From positions 65,413 through 129,412 of the forward strand of contig NMRA01000005.1 of assembly GCA_002633005.1 (NCBI GenBank): a stretch of DNA of 64,000 nt, written 5' to 3'. This DNA is from Phoronis australis (Eukaryota > Animalia > Phoronida). Shown here one piece after another: positions 24,586 through 38,471 of this stretch. The translations under genes and the position numbers were made by a program. How positions within the stretch are numbered: the stretch's first letter is position 1; each line of letters starts with the position of its first letter. The notes below the pieces were generated by a model. That model was not told the DNA's origin, did not search any database, and saw nothing but the letters and a program-made list of their open reading frames with translations.

Positions 24586-25306
24586 TTGTAACAAAGAAAA
24601 GTATGTCGTTGCTTGTGACACACGCATGTGCCATTTCGCACTGAAATTTTGAGATATCTCTCGGGAGATGATGGCAGCTTTGCTGCAAGTTGGGTTTGTT
24701 GGTATTGAAATACTAAAATCTTGTAACGAAATGATACCAGTTCCGATTGTTATGACTTGTATGCAACCTCATGCAAGTCCAAAGTGATTGAAGAATTGGG
24801 GAAATAATTCATGGTGCAATATTTCATGGCGCTGAAAGCCGACCCAAAAGGGCACACCACAATTTTTGCAGCAACGTAATAGTAGGACGCTAATTTATCC
24901 AACATCGGTAAATAATTTACTTTATTCAAGGAAGAGTTTAGTAGTTTTTTATGACATCACCAATTTTGGCTGCGAAAGGCTCGAAGAAGTATATAAGCAA
25001 CAGAAGGCAGAAGGAATAACATTAAGCCGACGGACTGACGTCACCCAGGCCGTTAAGCTGACAGACTGACATCGGTACAAAACTGACCACCCTCCCTCCA
25101 CGTTGGCGAATAAACAGCCTGTGAGAAAAAAAAATAGAACACTTCGAATCTAAATAGAGGTCCGGTGCACTACCTCGGGCAAAGACAGGGCTGAAACGGG
25201 TGCAACAAAGGTCTGTAGTGGAGCGGGGGAGATGCAGTTCATGTGAACTGTGCACTTTTAATGAAATTCAATGTTTTTTGTTTTAAATCTTGAGTGTTGA
25301 TTGCAG

Positions 25307-25444
25307 GCAATGCAACATCAGGTTTCACGTATTGCAACTGAGATTGAAGCTGCCCGCCTTCTGGTGTACAATTCAGCACGCCTTAAGGAGGCTGGCTTGC
25401 CATTTGTGAAGGAGGCTTCTATGGCTAAGTTGTTTACATCAGAG
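25307..25444 (+). CDS. ACADSB: ACADSB-like exon
   Basis: cag|GCAATG ... GAG|gtaggt; encodes [46 protein letters not shown]. Confidence 0.95.
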
Positions 25445-25996
25445 GTAGGTAGTGATGTTTGATTGGAATGAGGACTGTTCTTTCTGGCCATGGTACAGAA
25501 ATCATGTGCCTATTGTGGAAGGGCAAGCTTGTATAACTAGAGTGTTTTTTCACTTTTCTTCTTTATGCTGGCTTGTACATTTTACTTTATGTTATAGTGA
25601 TCACTGCTTCAGTGGGTGACAATATTTCAACTTTATAGTCTGTAATATTAAGTAAAAATAAAATATATAAAATATTTATCAAAACATTCAACACTCACCA
25701 CTGTGTAAACCAGTGATCCCAAGCTGATAGTTGTATTACCAAAACAACACTCAATATATCTTTAAAAGTTGCCTTTAAGTTAATTTCTGTTTTATGGGTG
25801 GCAAAGGCACATGACCTTCTTAACCAAATTTGAGCACTGCACTGTTAGTGGCTCTCTCTTCACTGGCACCACCTATTGTAAAGCAGAAGTATTGATTTAG
25901 CTAGGTGGCAGCAGGAATTATTCACAGCATGTGAAGACCATCGTTGCTTTCGTCAAAATCTCCTGAAGTGACTGTGTTCTCTATTTTCCACAACAG

Positions 25997-26096
25997 TTGG
26001 CTGGAAAGACGGCTGCTCACTGTATAGACTGGATGGGTGGAAATGGCTTTGTCAAGTCTAACCTTGTAGAAAAGTTTTACAGAGATGCAAAAATAG
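25997..26096 (+). CDS. ACADSB: ACADSB-like exon
   Basis: cag|TTGGCT ... ATAG|gtaag; encodes LAGKTAAHCIDWMGGNGFVKSNLVEKFYRDAKI(G). Confidence 0.95.
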
Positions 26097-27123
26097 GTAA
26101 GCTGGAAAATCTCTACTTTTTAAGATGATTGACAGAAATGTCATTTTCTATTTTTCAAACGATTACTAGTTTGCTGCAAATGCTTGGTATTTCACTGTGT
26201 ATAGGTTGAAGACAGCTGTTATGCAGGAATATTACCAATAGTGAATGAATGTCCTACTGTCTACTGTATGCAGTCTTGGTCAGTCATGTTCACTCAATGG
26301 AAATGAATGCAGAAATAGTATGCTGGCCTTTTGCTGAGCCGTTTACTACATGTCACTCACTTTCTATTGTTCCATGGTAGCAAATAGTTGTTAAGGGAAA
26401 ATTGAGTCCTCAAGATAAGTGGGGTTAGTACTGTTACTAAAAGGTAACATAAAAATAACTCCTTTCCCCTTAAATGGTTTGTTTGTGACAGAAGGTCTCT
26501 CATCTTCATGTAAGCCAACTTAATATAAAGGTTTTTATCATAATTTAATTTTGAGATGTAGATCATTGGGTAGTGACCAAATAGCCAGTCATTTTGGTTT
26601 TATTTACAGAACCGTTGTTTGATCATTTGCATTTAATATTTTCAAGCTTTGAAATTGTCAAAAATGCAAAAATATCCAGACAGTTTCAGATGGATATCTG
26701 TAACAAAAACAGCTTTTAGAGTTTACACAATGTGCCACCTGGTGGTGTGATTTCACAAAATGAGTATAGATGCACTGAGCCAGTACTAAAAATCAAGAAA
26801 GTGAATTCTGGTTGGTCTTTTAGTAAATTTCAGGATGCCAGAAATTTAACACTCACTGAAAGAATTGATTTCACATGAAGTAGTAATGCAACAAGGCCAT
26901 GCAAATTTATTTACAGTACAAAATCTACTTTTATTTGAAGGAGTAATCAGACTTGTGATTAAATGTTACAAAATTGAGCATGCACCGACTGAATAACCAG
27001 GTTCAAAATTAGGGCTTAGTCATCCATTTTCCTGGTATAATGATGGTTCACATTCCATTTTTCTAATGGCTTAGGAAGATAGACACTGTTTATTAAATAG
27101 TGGCGTTTTGTTTTCCATTTCAG

Positions 27124-27194
27124 GTACAATATATGAGGGTACGTCTAATATTCAACTGAATACTATAGCTAAGTTGATTGAACTAGAATATTAG
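27124..27194 (+). CDS. ACADSB: ACADSB-like last coding exon
   Basis: cag|GTACA; encodes (G)TIYEGTSNIQLNTIAKLIELEY then TAG; carries the catalytic Glu motif IYEG typical of SCAD/SBCAD enzymes. Confidence 0.95.
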
Positions 27195-27375
27195 AAAAAA
27201 AGAACACAAATGTGACGTTTTATGCTCCGTAAAGCAATTCAGGTTTGTTGTTAGTGTATTTATTCCTATCATGAATTATCTTACATTGTTGAATATTGAA
27301 ATGGAAGGAAAGCATTGTGAATTATTTATCTGTTTGGGTTAATTTCCAGGGCAATTATAAATTGTGAAACTTTAA

Positions 27376-29059
27376 AGGAGAATGCCACCCGATTTAATTA
27401 GTCTTTTTTGCCGTCTTAATCGGTCTATATCTACATCGCCTCGCATACGGTCGACCTTACCGTGCCAAGAGGTGTCGCGTTAACCTGTGAGGAAGGTGAG
27501 AAACGACGCTAGCGACGTCAGTGGTTCTTATGCAGAGTGAATGCCGCTATGTTGTGGTGCATAGTTCCCGCTTGTCCGAACTAAGCAGTTGCGAGGAAAG
27601 CGGGTATATCGTTTTTTTACTTCCTCGAAAGTCCGAAATGCTTAGGAAGTGGCCAGTGGTAGTGAAGAATGAAATGTACGCTGTAAATAGCAAGTATGAG
27701 GCCGTGAAACATCTCTGTGTCTGTGGCCTGCAGACGTCGACAGTGCCCGACGAATGCCGGCTTACCAAATAACTTCATACGTTCCATTGTCTGAGCTTGT
27801 GCATGGCGCCTCTCTAGTATTTCTTCATCACTGTATTCCTGTTCGAATTGATAGCCTGTAAAACTTAACGATTCACCTGCGAAGTCGGGACTGATGAGTT
27901 CTAGCTCATCCTAAGTCGGGATTGCGAGTTGCCATGTTGGCGTTTATTACTGAGCGTTCTGTTTCAAAATGTATTATTCTCACCATAACCAATACTTATA
28001 TAAAACTGAAACAACGTCTGTCTCATTAGATGCAATTTGTAATGCCTTTGGAGTGTTCGTGAGTGCAAAGGATTTGAAAAGCCAACAATGAATAAATCAC
28101 TGCGTTACCCGGCTTTAGGTGCAATAAAACTAATTGATGGGACACCTAGGCCGTGCGAGTTCTGTAATTTGGTGTTTGCTGGCAGACTAAACTGTTGTGA
28201 AACAACTCGATTTCCATCCCACGGCCAGGTGTTAGGGGAATCTTTAGTTACATTTACATTACTCAAATAATGATTGTCAATGTACAATTTCTGCTCTGAC
28301 GGTGCTGTGGCCAACCGCGGAACTGAATTCGCGGCCCCCGACGAGTAAATAGATTTGCAGTTTCGTGGCTAATTCACCAAAATAATCAGGTGCACATTAC
28401 TTTGGCTTACTAGTATAGTATTTTCTTGGCTGGAAGTTTAGTTTCCACTGAACTTTGGCTGGTTTATGTTCGTGATGTCTGATCAGTTTCCTAGACACTG
28501 GCCGGGATAACGAGTCAATCCGGCCGGCCGCGACGGGCATGATCAGGCTCCAAGCCACTGGCCAAGCTAACATTAAAGCGCTTTGTGTTTAGAACTCAAA
28601 AAATCGCAAGTCTAAACAACACAGATCTAGGTTCTCCTGTCTGTAGCTCACGGAAAATACTTCGAAATTATCTCCGAACAGACCCCAAACTCCTGCTACG
28701 GACCTTATTGGCCTGCCGAACTTTGTAGGCTACGGTATGTCTAAATACAAATAAATCCGTAAGAGCGAATTAAAACAACACGTTTTTATAAGTACTCGGT
28801 GTATTTTTAAGGGTTTTACATCGAAGTTTGATGATTTATTGGTGTTAAACGATGACTTCAAGCGATAAGCTGACACCAGTAACCCGTGTTGTGAACTGCT
28901 GAACAGACTGCGTGTGAAACCGATGACGTCATTGGATAATTTCAACACCTCCGTCTGCCGTCAGGTGTCAGGTAACGCAACCGTACGTGTCGTTATGGAG
29001 TAGAACTAGTTGATCTAAATTGATACAAAGTAGGTTGTTTTTTTGGGTGGCATGCTCCT
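27376..29059 (-). mobile_element. Kolobok-like non-autonomous element just downstream of the ACADSB stop codon
   Basis: TTAA|AGGAGAATGCCACCC ... GGGTGGCATGCTCCT|TTAA; a short minus-strand peptide remnant near 27760-27936. Confidence 0.75.
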
Positions 29060-31567
29060 TTAAGTCAAGTGTGCCGAAACTGTTTAAAATTGAAATTTAA
29101 ACATTTTAAGTATAACTTTACCAAACTTGGGCAGCAACCGCAGCAGATATGGTAAATGATAAAATCTCCGTTGTATTTCTGCATACTTTTTTACCAGCTA
29201 TGTATTTCCAGTAAAAACGATGGCACCAAATAGTTTTTCAGCTGTTGATCATGAGAATCTGTCGATTGTGAATATCTGTGATGATTGACTGAGTTGTTGC
29301 TAATTGTTACCCCAAAAGTAAGTTGCGTAATTAGGTAATTTGCAGTAAATTACGTTGACTAACTGTTGATATGCGTTGTCACATTTTTTTAGCAGTTTAA
29401 TGGTTCTAAATAAAATTGTGTTCACTACCTTGGTACATGATTAGCATGGCGAGAAGGCTGGTCCAATTATCATAATTAGTCAAACAACATGTCATGGAAA
29501 TTTACAACATTTTGTTAGTATGCTGAAAAAGTAGTGCAGCAAGGAACTGCTTTAAATGAAAAGTGTAAGAGTTGCGAATAAGGGAAGAAGAAAAAATGAC
29601 ACAGAGTTATGTGGCCACTTGGTACCTTTGATGCCCCATATTACTAGGTCATGTTATGCTTTTTTCAACTGAGATAACTGTGACCATATATCACAAAGAT
29701 AATGGGCCTCCATGTTGATTTAACATTTAAATGTTTTATACTGGTATGTGTATGTGCTTAATGGCAAGGTTTCTGGTTTCATTTTTTTTGTCTATCAAGA
29801 AATAATTCTCAAGTTTTGATTTTGAATTAAGGCTTTCCTGGACTGTTACTGTTGATGGTGGAGGTCATACTGAGTGTATTTTTTGCATTGTAAACCGGCT
29901 TGAAATAGTTAATCTCAGTTTGGAGTTGCAGTGAAAAACACGCTGATTACAAATTGGATGTGATTTCACTAATAACTGGCATGTTCTTTGAAGTTGTGTC
30001 CATGCTCGATTAAGGCAATGTGGGACCCTATAAAATGTCCAAATTTGGCAAACTGTGGAAAGTCATATATCTCAAAAATTGGTGTTCAGATTTATGTGAA
30101 ACTTTCAGATGCCAAGGTGTCTCCTTTATGGATCGTTCCCCAAAATGTTCCGGTATTAGTAATTATTTTTTAAAATATTAATAATGGCATTTTGGTCAAA
30201 ACTCAAAAATCAAATTACATGCTTTTGACTTTCAGAAAATGTTTACTTTTACGGAGATATCTTGTTTTGTAGGTATTTGGCTAAATATGCACATTTGTCA
30301 GTAAGATCCCACATAATGTTTTTAGGAGGACTTTTATGGGCCATCACTTTGTTACTTACTTTTTCGGACATGGTCTAGTCATTGCTCAACTTATTATGTG
30401 AACTTGAGGCTGCATTGGATCCTGTTAAAATGTATAAAAAATGGAAATCGAATCAAGTCTTTTTCTCTTACAAAGTCAGTCTCGTTGGGCTTGTTGTGTT
30501 TCTCAGGACATGTAAGCTGCAAAAAAGTAAAGAAGTGTGTCTTGGAAAATCAACTATACATTTGAAAATGGCGTCCATTCAAAATAGTGCGGTGGTGTAA
30601 TAAAACAATGTCCATTTCTCCTAAGACCATAACAGATCAGTTGTTGGTTTTGGCTCTTCCATTAAGATCTCGAAATATGTTTAGCTGGCTAAAAAGAAAT
30701 ACAAAACGAAAATTGAATTGGGCTATTTTCTCTCATAAAATCTCATATTATTCCTTATGGTGATAGCATATGTCTGTATTAGTATATACTGACAAGAACA
30801 TCAAAGCTATAAACAGCTTCAGAGTTTATTTCAGGGTAGCCAACCCTGAAATTGCAAGTTCAAAAATGGTGCCTGTGGTTTGTGTTAATAAATAAATAGG
30901 ACCTCATCACAAGGAATATTATGAAACTGATTTTAGGAGGGTAACAGTCTTTATTCAATTTTCGTTGTTAATCAATTAAACAAGGCAGAATATAGATTTT
31001 AAGTTTATGAATCTCATGCATATGGTTGCTTAGAATACGAATGTGTGGATTTGCATTCTGTGAGTATAAGATAAATAAAGTATTCTGTTATAACCTGTCG
31101 CTATGTTTTCGTCACGTTCTTTGAACACATGAAATTGTGATGCAAGATAAAGTTTTGATAGAATTCTGGCAACGTCTTGGTAATTGGTGATATGATAATT
31201 CATATAGTGGTGTTAATTGGTAATATAGTAATTTATGTAGTGGTGTTGTTTATTGGAAGGGACATTATTGGTTTTGCGGCTGAAAAACGTATTTTCGGAG
31301 ATATTGTTGAATGGGACAGACTTCTTGAAGTAATTAGCTTTGACAATAGCTACAAAGCAACAGAATCACTTGCATGTCTGTGATTTTGTTGCAAATTTTA
31401 AGCCTTGCCATTGCCAGTCATTTCTAGAAATTGGGGCCAGTGCTATTACTATGTAATCTATTTTTAAACTTTTTTAAAAAGCGGCATAGAATGTGAGAAA
31501 CAAATTAAATTTCACTATTCAAATTAATTCTCTGCCACTTGAAGTCGAATTGCTCACCAGATATTTT

Positions 31568-32945
31568 TATGCGCCCACATATTTATATGTGGAGGCATTA
31601 TGCTGTCATCTCTATCCGTCCGTCCGGCGTCCGCTGCTCTATCTCCAAAACGGATTGAGAGATGATCATGAAATTAGATACATGTGTTCCTTTCATGGAT
31701 GGGATGTCATGAGCAAACTTTCGGACGGATCCGACTACCGGTGTGCTCCCTAGTGGCAATTTTAATATTTTACGTTTACCTCTGTATCTTCAAAGGTCCT
31801 CCACATATTTTCACAAAAATTAGTATATAGGCATCTATTAGTGAGACGATGATATCCTTCCATTTTCGGATGGATTCGACATAGTTTGTGCTACCTAGTG
31901 GCCATTTTTACTGTTTTCAAGTATGTTTTTTAGCGTCCGTCCCTCTATCAACCAAATCGCTCTAAGCATGATTGTGAAAATTGGCATGCATGTTCTTGCT
32001 ATGAAGAGGACGGTTGACGATGATTTTCCGACGATTTCGACTACTGTGGCACCTCCTAGTGCCAGTTTATTTTTTTTTTGCGCCTATGGTTATATCCTCC
32101 TAAACCGTTGGCAGAATCTTTACTAAATTTAGTAAGTGCATTGATATGATGATGACAACGGACGACAACAACTTTCGGACAGATCTGACGACTGGTGTGC
32201 CACGTAGTGGCAATTTTATTTTTTTACGTTTACCTCTGTATCTTCAAAGGTCCTCAACGTATACATATTTATAAAATTTGGTGTATAGGCTTCTGTTAGT
32301 GAGGTGATGCTATCTTTCCGTTTTCAGATGGATTTGACCTAGTTTGCGCCACCTAGTGGCCATATTTATTGTTTTTTAGTCTGTTTTTTGGCACCCACCT
32401 CTCTATCAACCAAACGGCTTTCAGGATAATTGTGAAAATTGGGATGTATGTTTTTACTATGAAGTGAACGGGTGACGATGATTTCTGATGACTTTGACTA
32501 TTGTTGCGCCTCCTAGTGGCAGTTTCATTTTTGCGCCCATGGCTGTATCTCCTAAACCGTTTGCAGGATCTGCACTAAATTTAATAAGTGTGTTTATATG
32601 ATGTTGACGATTTTCAGATGGATCTGAGTACTTTTGTGCCCCCTGGTGGCAATTTTAGTTTTACGTTCACCTCTGTATTTTTAAAGGTCCTCAACGGATT
32701 TTCATAAAATTTTGAATGCGGGCATCTACTGATGAGATGACGCTATCCTCCCGTTTTCGGATGGAGTCAAGGTATTTTGCACCACCTATTGGCCATTTTT
32801 GCTGTTTTCGAGTCTGTTTCTTGGGGTCTACCCCTTTATCAACCAAATCATTCTAAGGATGGTTTTGAAAATTAGCCTATATCTTCTCATTGTGAAGAGG
32901 ACGGTTGACGATGACAACTTTGACTACTGTGGTGCCTCCTAGTGG
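31568..32945 (+). mobile_element. HINE-like element family 1, copy 3 (3'-truncated)
   Basis: Same 5' end (TTTTTATGCGCCCACATATTTATATGTGG) and about 9 internal subunits; 3' terminus not found. Confidence 0.72.
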
Positions 32946-35696
32946 TAAGCGGGGGAGACACAGTTTGTGCAAACGATGGGTCGGGGATTATGTATTAGGC
33001 TGGTTATTGACATTTTGCAGCTAGTCATCTGCATCGGTCAAAAGACCAATGATATTTGACAGCAGTTCTCTCTGTGACATTGTCAGAAACAATTCTTGCT
33101 TCGCTTTTGACAGCAGAATTTACGCAAAGAAAAAGGCGGGAGCTCAAACGCATGCGCACATGCGACACATTGGTTTCGTTCATTAACAAAATAGGATTGA
33201 ATTCAAGACAGGACAAAATACACGAAGTTATTAGTTTCACCCATAGGCCGCTAGGATAGACGAAACAGAATCCGCTAAACAGCATTGAAATCAGATAACA
33301 AGATAGAATATACAAAACAGCATTGAGTTCACGATATGGAATCAACGAATGTAGATTGAATTGATGTAGTTACTAGCATTGAATACACAAGGTAGGATTG
33401 AATTTTCATACAGTTGGCGTTGAATTAATCAAATGGAATTGAATACACATTTTGATGTTTTTTTGCATAAACGGCCGCCCATAGCTGTGCCAACAGTTGT
33501 AGGTTCTATTTGCTTGATCACTGAAGATGTTCCAGTAAGTATTACACTCTTGCTCAGTGGAGACAGGCTATTATGTAGGTTGTGTTTTGATACGAGGCAG
33601 TACCAGTGGCGGATTTAAGGGGGGGGGGGGTAAGGGGCCATGCCCAACCCCCTACGGAACAAAAGCTATTGTTTTTTTGTGGTTTTATTTCAAATTGTCA
33701 ATTCTCAACGTTGTCTGCAAGACATTTGCTGAAACCAAGGCCCGTACGTGACTATCAGTTAAATACTATTGTAATACTATGTCGTTTGTCGAGTGGAATT
33801 TTGCTCCTTCAGGGGGCTTTCACTACCGTTTTAATTAGTGTGTGAACGGAGTAGCGTGTTCAGCCGTGCTCGTTATAAAATTGACGTGTGTTATTCTCCT
33901 CTCATTATCAAATACGAGACTGCTGAAGTTAATTAGCATGTATTGTTTGGCAGGTGACATGATGGACGTCAGGAATTGTCAAGGCGGACGTCAACGTCAA
34001 AAAATGCAATTCAAACAGCAAATTAGTGGCTGCCGTCTTTCCCATTTAAAAAGCTAGTGTGTTCCGTCGAAAAAACTAACTTTTGATTTAAACTAATACG
34101 ACTATAAAATTGGTCTTAACTTGTTCCTTGCCTAGATGTAAACTGATTTTTGGTCTTGTAAAGAACTTGCAGTTTGTTATTGCTCAAGACCGTGCTCAGC
34201 GTGTCAAGTGAAATTGTAGAGCTTGGTATCAGTTAAGAAACCAGATACCGGTATGTCAAATTCAAATTCATTCCTCAATGCGCTTCAGCAAAGAGCTACA
34301 CTCGACGCCAATAAACGGTCACCGTAATACTATAAAATTGCCAATCAGGGCGAACATAGGTAAGACCAATCAAAAAAGTAATCCGCGAAAAACGTTTACT
34401 CACGTAAGAAAACCTGTAACCAGAACAATGCAATTAAAGCAGTTAAAACATAAACCTGGCACCGCACAATGAAGATATCCGCTTTCAAAAGAATTTCAGT
34501 CATTAAGTTAATTTTTGGGATTTTCAGTAACCCATGAAAATTTAACATTATTGCCGGAGATGCCTTCGGTTAAGCTGTTGTGAAGGAAAAAAATTCGGTG
34601 ACCCTCTCTTCAGCACAGTTGTGGTGGAGAAATTAAAACATAATATGGATATTTAAAAACCAACGATAAATTAAAACTAGGTAAGACCACCTACTAGAAA
34701 TTTTTTTAAAAATCAACGATAAATTAAAACTGTGTCGAGCCCCCTCAAGTTAATGCTTAACGTACATGTATTTGCTGTGCTCGTTGGGAATTTTGTGGCA
34801 ATATATCAAAATGTTCTTTTTCAATTAAAAACAAATATTTTACCGCCTCGGTTACTTTCACATTTTGGATGGTTTATATTTTGCAGTTATTTAAAACATG
34901 TATTGATTCCGTGATACTCGTTTATAGTGGTGTTCCACCGAAAGAGGAACTCCGGTGTAAAACAGATATCCTTTAGTCAAAAACAAACTCCCGCACCTTC
35001 AAAAAAGCTAATCAACCCGAACAACCACGAACCTTTACCTTTAAAACAGGACCCGGAATTGGACAGGAATTTTCAAATTTTCTGAGGCCGTTGTCAGTAA
35101 ACTCAAACTTCGAGTTAAAGCATCTTCAAGTACTTTCTCGTTGTTTTCTGCATTTGTTTGTTAAAAATTGTCAATAATAAAACCTAACTTGTATTATACT
35201 GACTTTGTTATTTGACTTTTAGCGGTAAAACCCGTGCAATTTGTCTGCAGGCGAATTTCAACATAATGTATACTCTTAGCACGTTGTTATCTCTATGGAT
35301 ATTTAGTTTATTTTAGATTATTCAATAGTTTCTCCAAAAATATTTTCGAAAATGAAAAACAAAAAAATTATTTTTGACTTTCGAGTGCCATTGTTGATTA
35401 GTTTTCTTGTGACATGTACGGAATCTCGTGGAATGAGAACAGTTGATTGGATGTGGGGAAAAATGAAACTGGCCAATAGGTGACAAATTGTTCTAAACAC
35501 CCTCGCATCCCAGACCCACGACCCCCTCGACTGACAACCCACGACCCCCCACGACCCCCCTCGACTCACAGCCCACAACTCCTTCGACCCGGTCTACACA
35601 AGCGCGACTCGGTCTGAACAGAGAACAAGCGCTGACTTGCAGGACCAACGAGTCGGGCCGTTAGATCGGCTAGCTTTTCCCTGATTTTTGCAATTA

Positions 35697-36370
35697 ATAT
35701 GTGGGGTAATTGTGCATCATATCTTCAGAATAGACTTCAAAAATTACAAAACAAGGCTGGGAGGCTGATACTCAACTATAGTGGCCTTTATAATGACTTT
35801 CCTATTTCTGGCCTTCTAGATAAACTTGGTTGGTGCAGCCTGGTTAGCAGGAGTGCCTTTCATTTAAACTTTATGGTATACACAGACACACATAGCCTCA
35901 CACCTAATTACCTTACTACTAAATTCAAGGCAGTCAGAGATTCTCACATTTACAATACTAGATCGAGTGTTTCTGGCTGCCTAGTATCAGTTAAACCTAA
36001 AAACAACTGTGGCAAAAGGACTTTTGCCTACAGAGGTGCTGTCGCTTACAACGGGCTGGGGATTGCCGTCGATAACACGCCAAATGTACACGTCTTCAAA
36101 CAGAAGTACTGGGACTTTGTGCGTGGTTCGTTACTGTAGGCTTCAGTTTATCATTATTTTACTCTATTTTGTGTTATTTATTCTTCAAATTGTACATATT
36201 AACTAATTTCATACTAATTTAATTTATTTTATTTATTATCTTTTCAATCTAATTGTACATAGCTGTCTGTATTTTACTTCATGTAATTATTTCCGACTGG
36301 GCCCACTTGAAAATCAGTGTATTCACTGAAGTGGACAAGCAGTCTTTTAAAGAAGTTTAAATAAATAAAA
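35697..36370 (+). mobile_element. 5'-truncated CR1/L2-group LINE (end of ORF2 plus 3' UTR)
   Basis: WGNCASYLQNRLQKLQNKAGRLIL...LGW...HIYNTR...KRTFAYRGAVAYN is the typical post-RT C-terminus; followed by an AT-rich UTR and an AAAT-repeat tail. Confidence 0.85.
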
Positions 36371-36469
36371 GAGTCGATTCGGCAAGTTTGAAAGCCAAAA
36401 GCTGAAAAAATAACCCAACCAAATCAAATCAAAGACCTACCAACGTCACAAACAATGAGACAAATATAC

Positions 36470-37302
36470 ATAAATACACAAAACGTACCGAGAGTGGCGT
36501 ACATGAAGTAATATCCCACGAGACGTTAATACGTGGAATAAGGTCGAGTGTGATATTACTTCACGCCACTCTCGGTACGTTTTGTATTTATCCCATGCGC
36601 TTCGAATCCCTAAATTTCTTACGTTTTTTCGGCAGATTTTTCAAATACTTCACCAAGACTGTTCACAAGGCGGATCACATCCTATATGTATGTACTTGCG
36701 CGTTAGGTTGCAAGTTTTCTCTTGTAAAAGAAACAGTTTTAAAAGTAACAATTTATTTCTTGAAAAGAGGTAGCAAAGATGAAAACAACGGAAACTGTGC
36801 AGTGAACTTGTAACATCTCCTAGCAATAGTTAACAAACAACACTATTTGATATTTTAATTTCCTAGGAATCGGCGCCTGAGTTGCAGACGATATACTAGC
36901 ATTGGTGCAAAGCTGTATATAGCTGTATATAAATATACAGCTTTGCTGTATTTTGACGACAGTCTTCATGCAGCTAGCTAACTGGCTAACGATATACTAG
37001 TATTCAGCAATTGAAAACTGAGACAAGTGTTTTATAATTAACAGTTTTGTTCCAGGTTTTACATTTAGGGCCTGGTTGCATGTCGAGTGTTAGTAACACT
37101 GCTGCAACTATATTACTTAAAACTATATTGGCAAAGCTTGACTGATCGAATCGGCTAAAGACGTTGAGTCGACATTGACCTACCTTTTGAACTTTCCATG
37201 TCAAAGGTCGCTTTTGAAGTAGTGCGGGAGGTGAATACGCAAAACTTTATTACAAGGCCCTATTTCCCTCGACAGATTCAACGCGCATGGGATAAAGATA
37301 TA
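36470..37302. mobile_element. Element with two pairs of inverted repeats
   Basis: Hairpin ACAAAACGTACCGAGAGTGGCGT...ACGCCACTCTCGGTACGTTTTGT (36478-36585) and the pair TTTATCCCATGCGC (36587) / GCGCATGGGATAAA (37283). Confidence 0.5.
36897..36988. mobile_element. AcademH-like MITE
   Basis: TAGC...GGCTA termini, exact 9-bp duplication ACGATATAC; homologous to 62990-63068. Confidence 0.7.
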
Positions 37303-38471
37303 TATAGCTCATTGTGAAGGCCTATAAAATTACACTCGTAATTTACGTTCTTCTATTACGCTCGTAAAAAGACGAGCGTGAAACGACAAGTGCAGAACGA
37401 CGAGCGTTTAACAACAATCGTAAAACGAAGAGAATAAGTATCTCGAACGTTGATGTTATGTAGGAACCTATCTACTAGTCTGTGACGAAATCTCTACAAA
37501 ACTACAGAATTTGACACATGGTCGATGAATGCCTGCTGAATTGACACCTTTCTATGACTGTGTGGTGTGGCCTGCTTGCGCTATGAGGTGAGTATCTAAA
37601 ACAAAAATTATATACGTACGTTTTTGTGGTACTGTTTGCATCATAATTCCTCATTTATTATCATTTTCTAAAAAATATCATTAAACACCTTCTCATTTGA
37701 AAGGAGCTTTTCTCAAACAAATGAGTTTGGAAAAAGGACTGAAATTGAATACTTCATAAGGTATTGTCCAGACAATCGCACACTTGCGAAGGCATTAAAT
37801 GATTATTATATATTAAAACTTCTCTTCAAATGGCAGTAAGTCCATGACTTACGCGAGTTTAGTAAATTTTCGTTCTGTCAAGTAGTAGTTTGGACAGAGG
37901 ATGTCGGTATTTTGATAAACTTTCAAGAACGGCAACAACATCTGTATTTGAGCATTTTAAGAGGCTGGGATTTTTGTCTAAACAAAATTGATGTTTTGTT
38001 TACAATGTGAGCAGAAACAGTTGTGACGAGTTTTATGTTGGTTTGGCAGCAACAACTTCTAAGACAGTTTGGACAATGCACTGTGTGCCCATTCAATGGT
38101 TACAGGTTAGGAGCGTTTCCTTTAACAATTAAAATTGTTAAAGGGACTATTAATCCGAGTTCCGTTTAAGAAGCAACCTTTTGATTTAGACTGGCCACTT
38201 ATTGCTATAAAATTGGTTATAATTTGCTTCTTAGATTAGTAATTTCTGGGCTTGCAAGGAGCTGACAGCTCGGTATTCTTCAAAACCACATGCTCAGCGC
38301 CTAAATCAAACCAAAGTCGCTAACGGTCTCTTATTGCATCCTCTCAGGGTAAAATAAAAATGAGGCAACGCTATAAAAACAAGACAGTGCCGGACATCGA
38401 ATGCATTACAACGGAACAAAATTGATGCCATTTATTTCTTAGATTATGCTTCGGGTATGATTTCATAAAAA

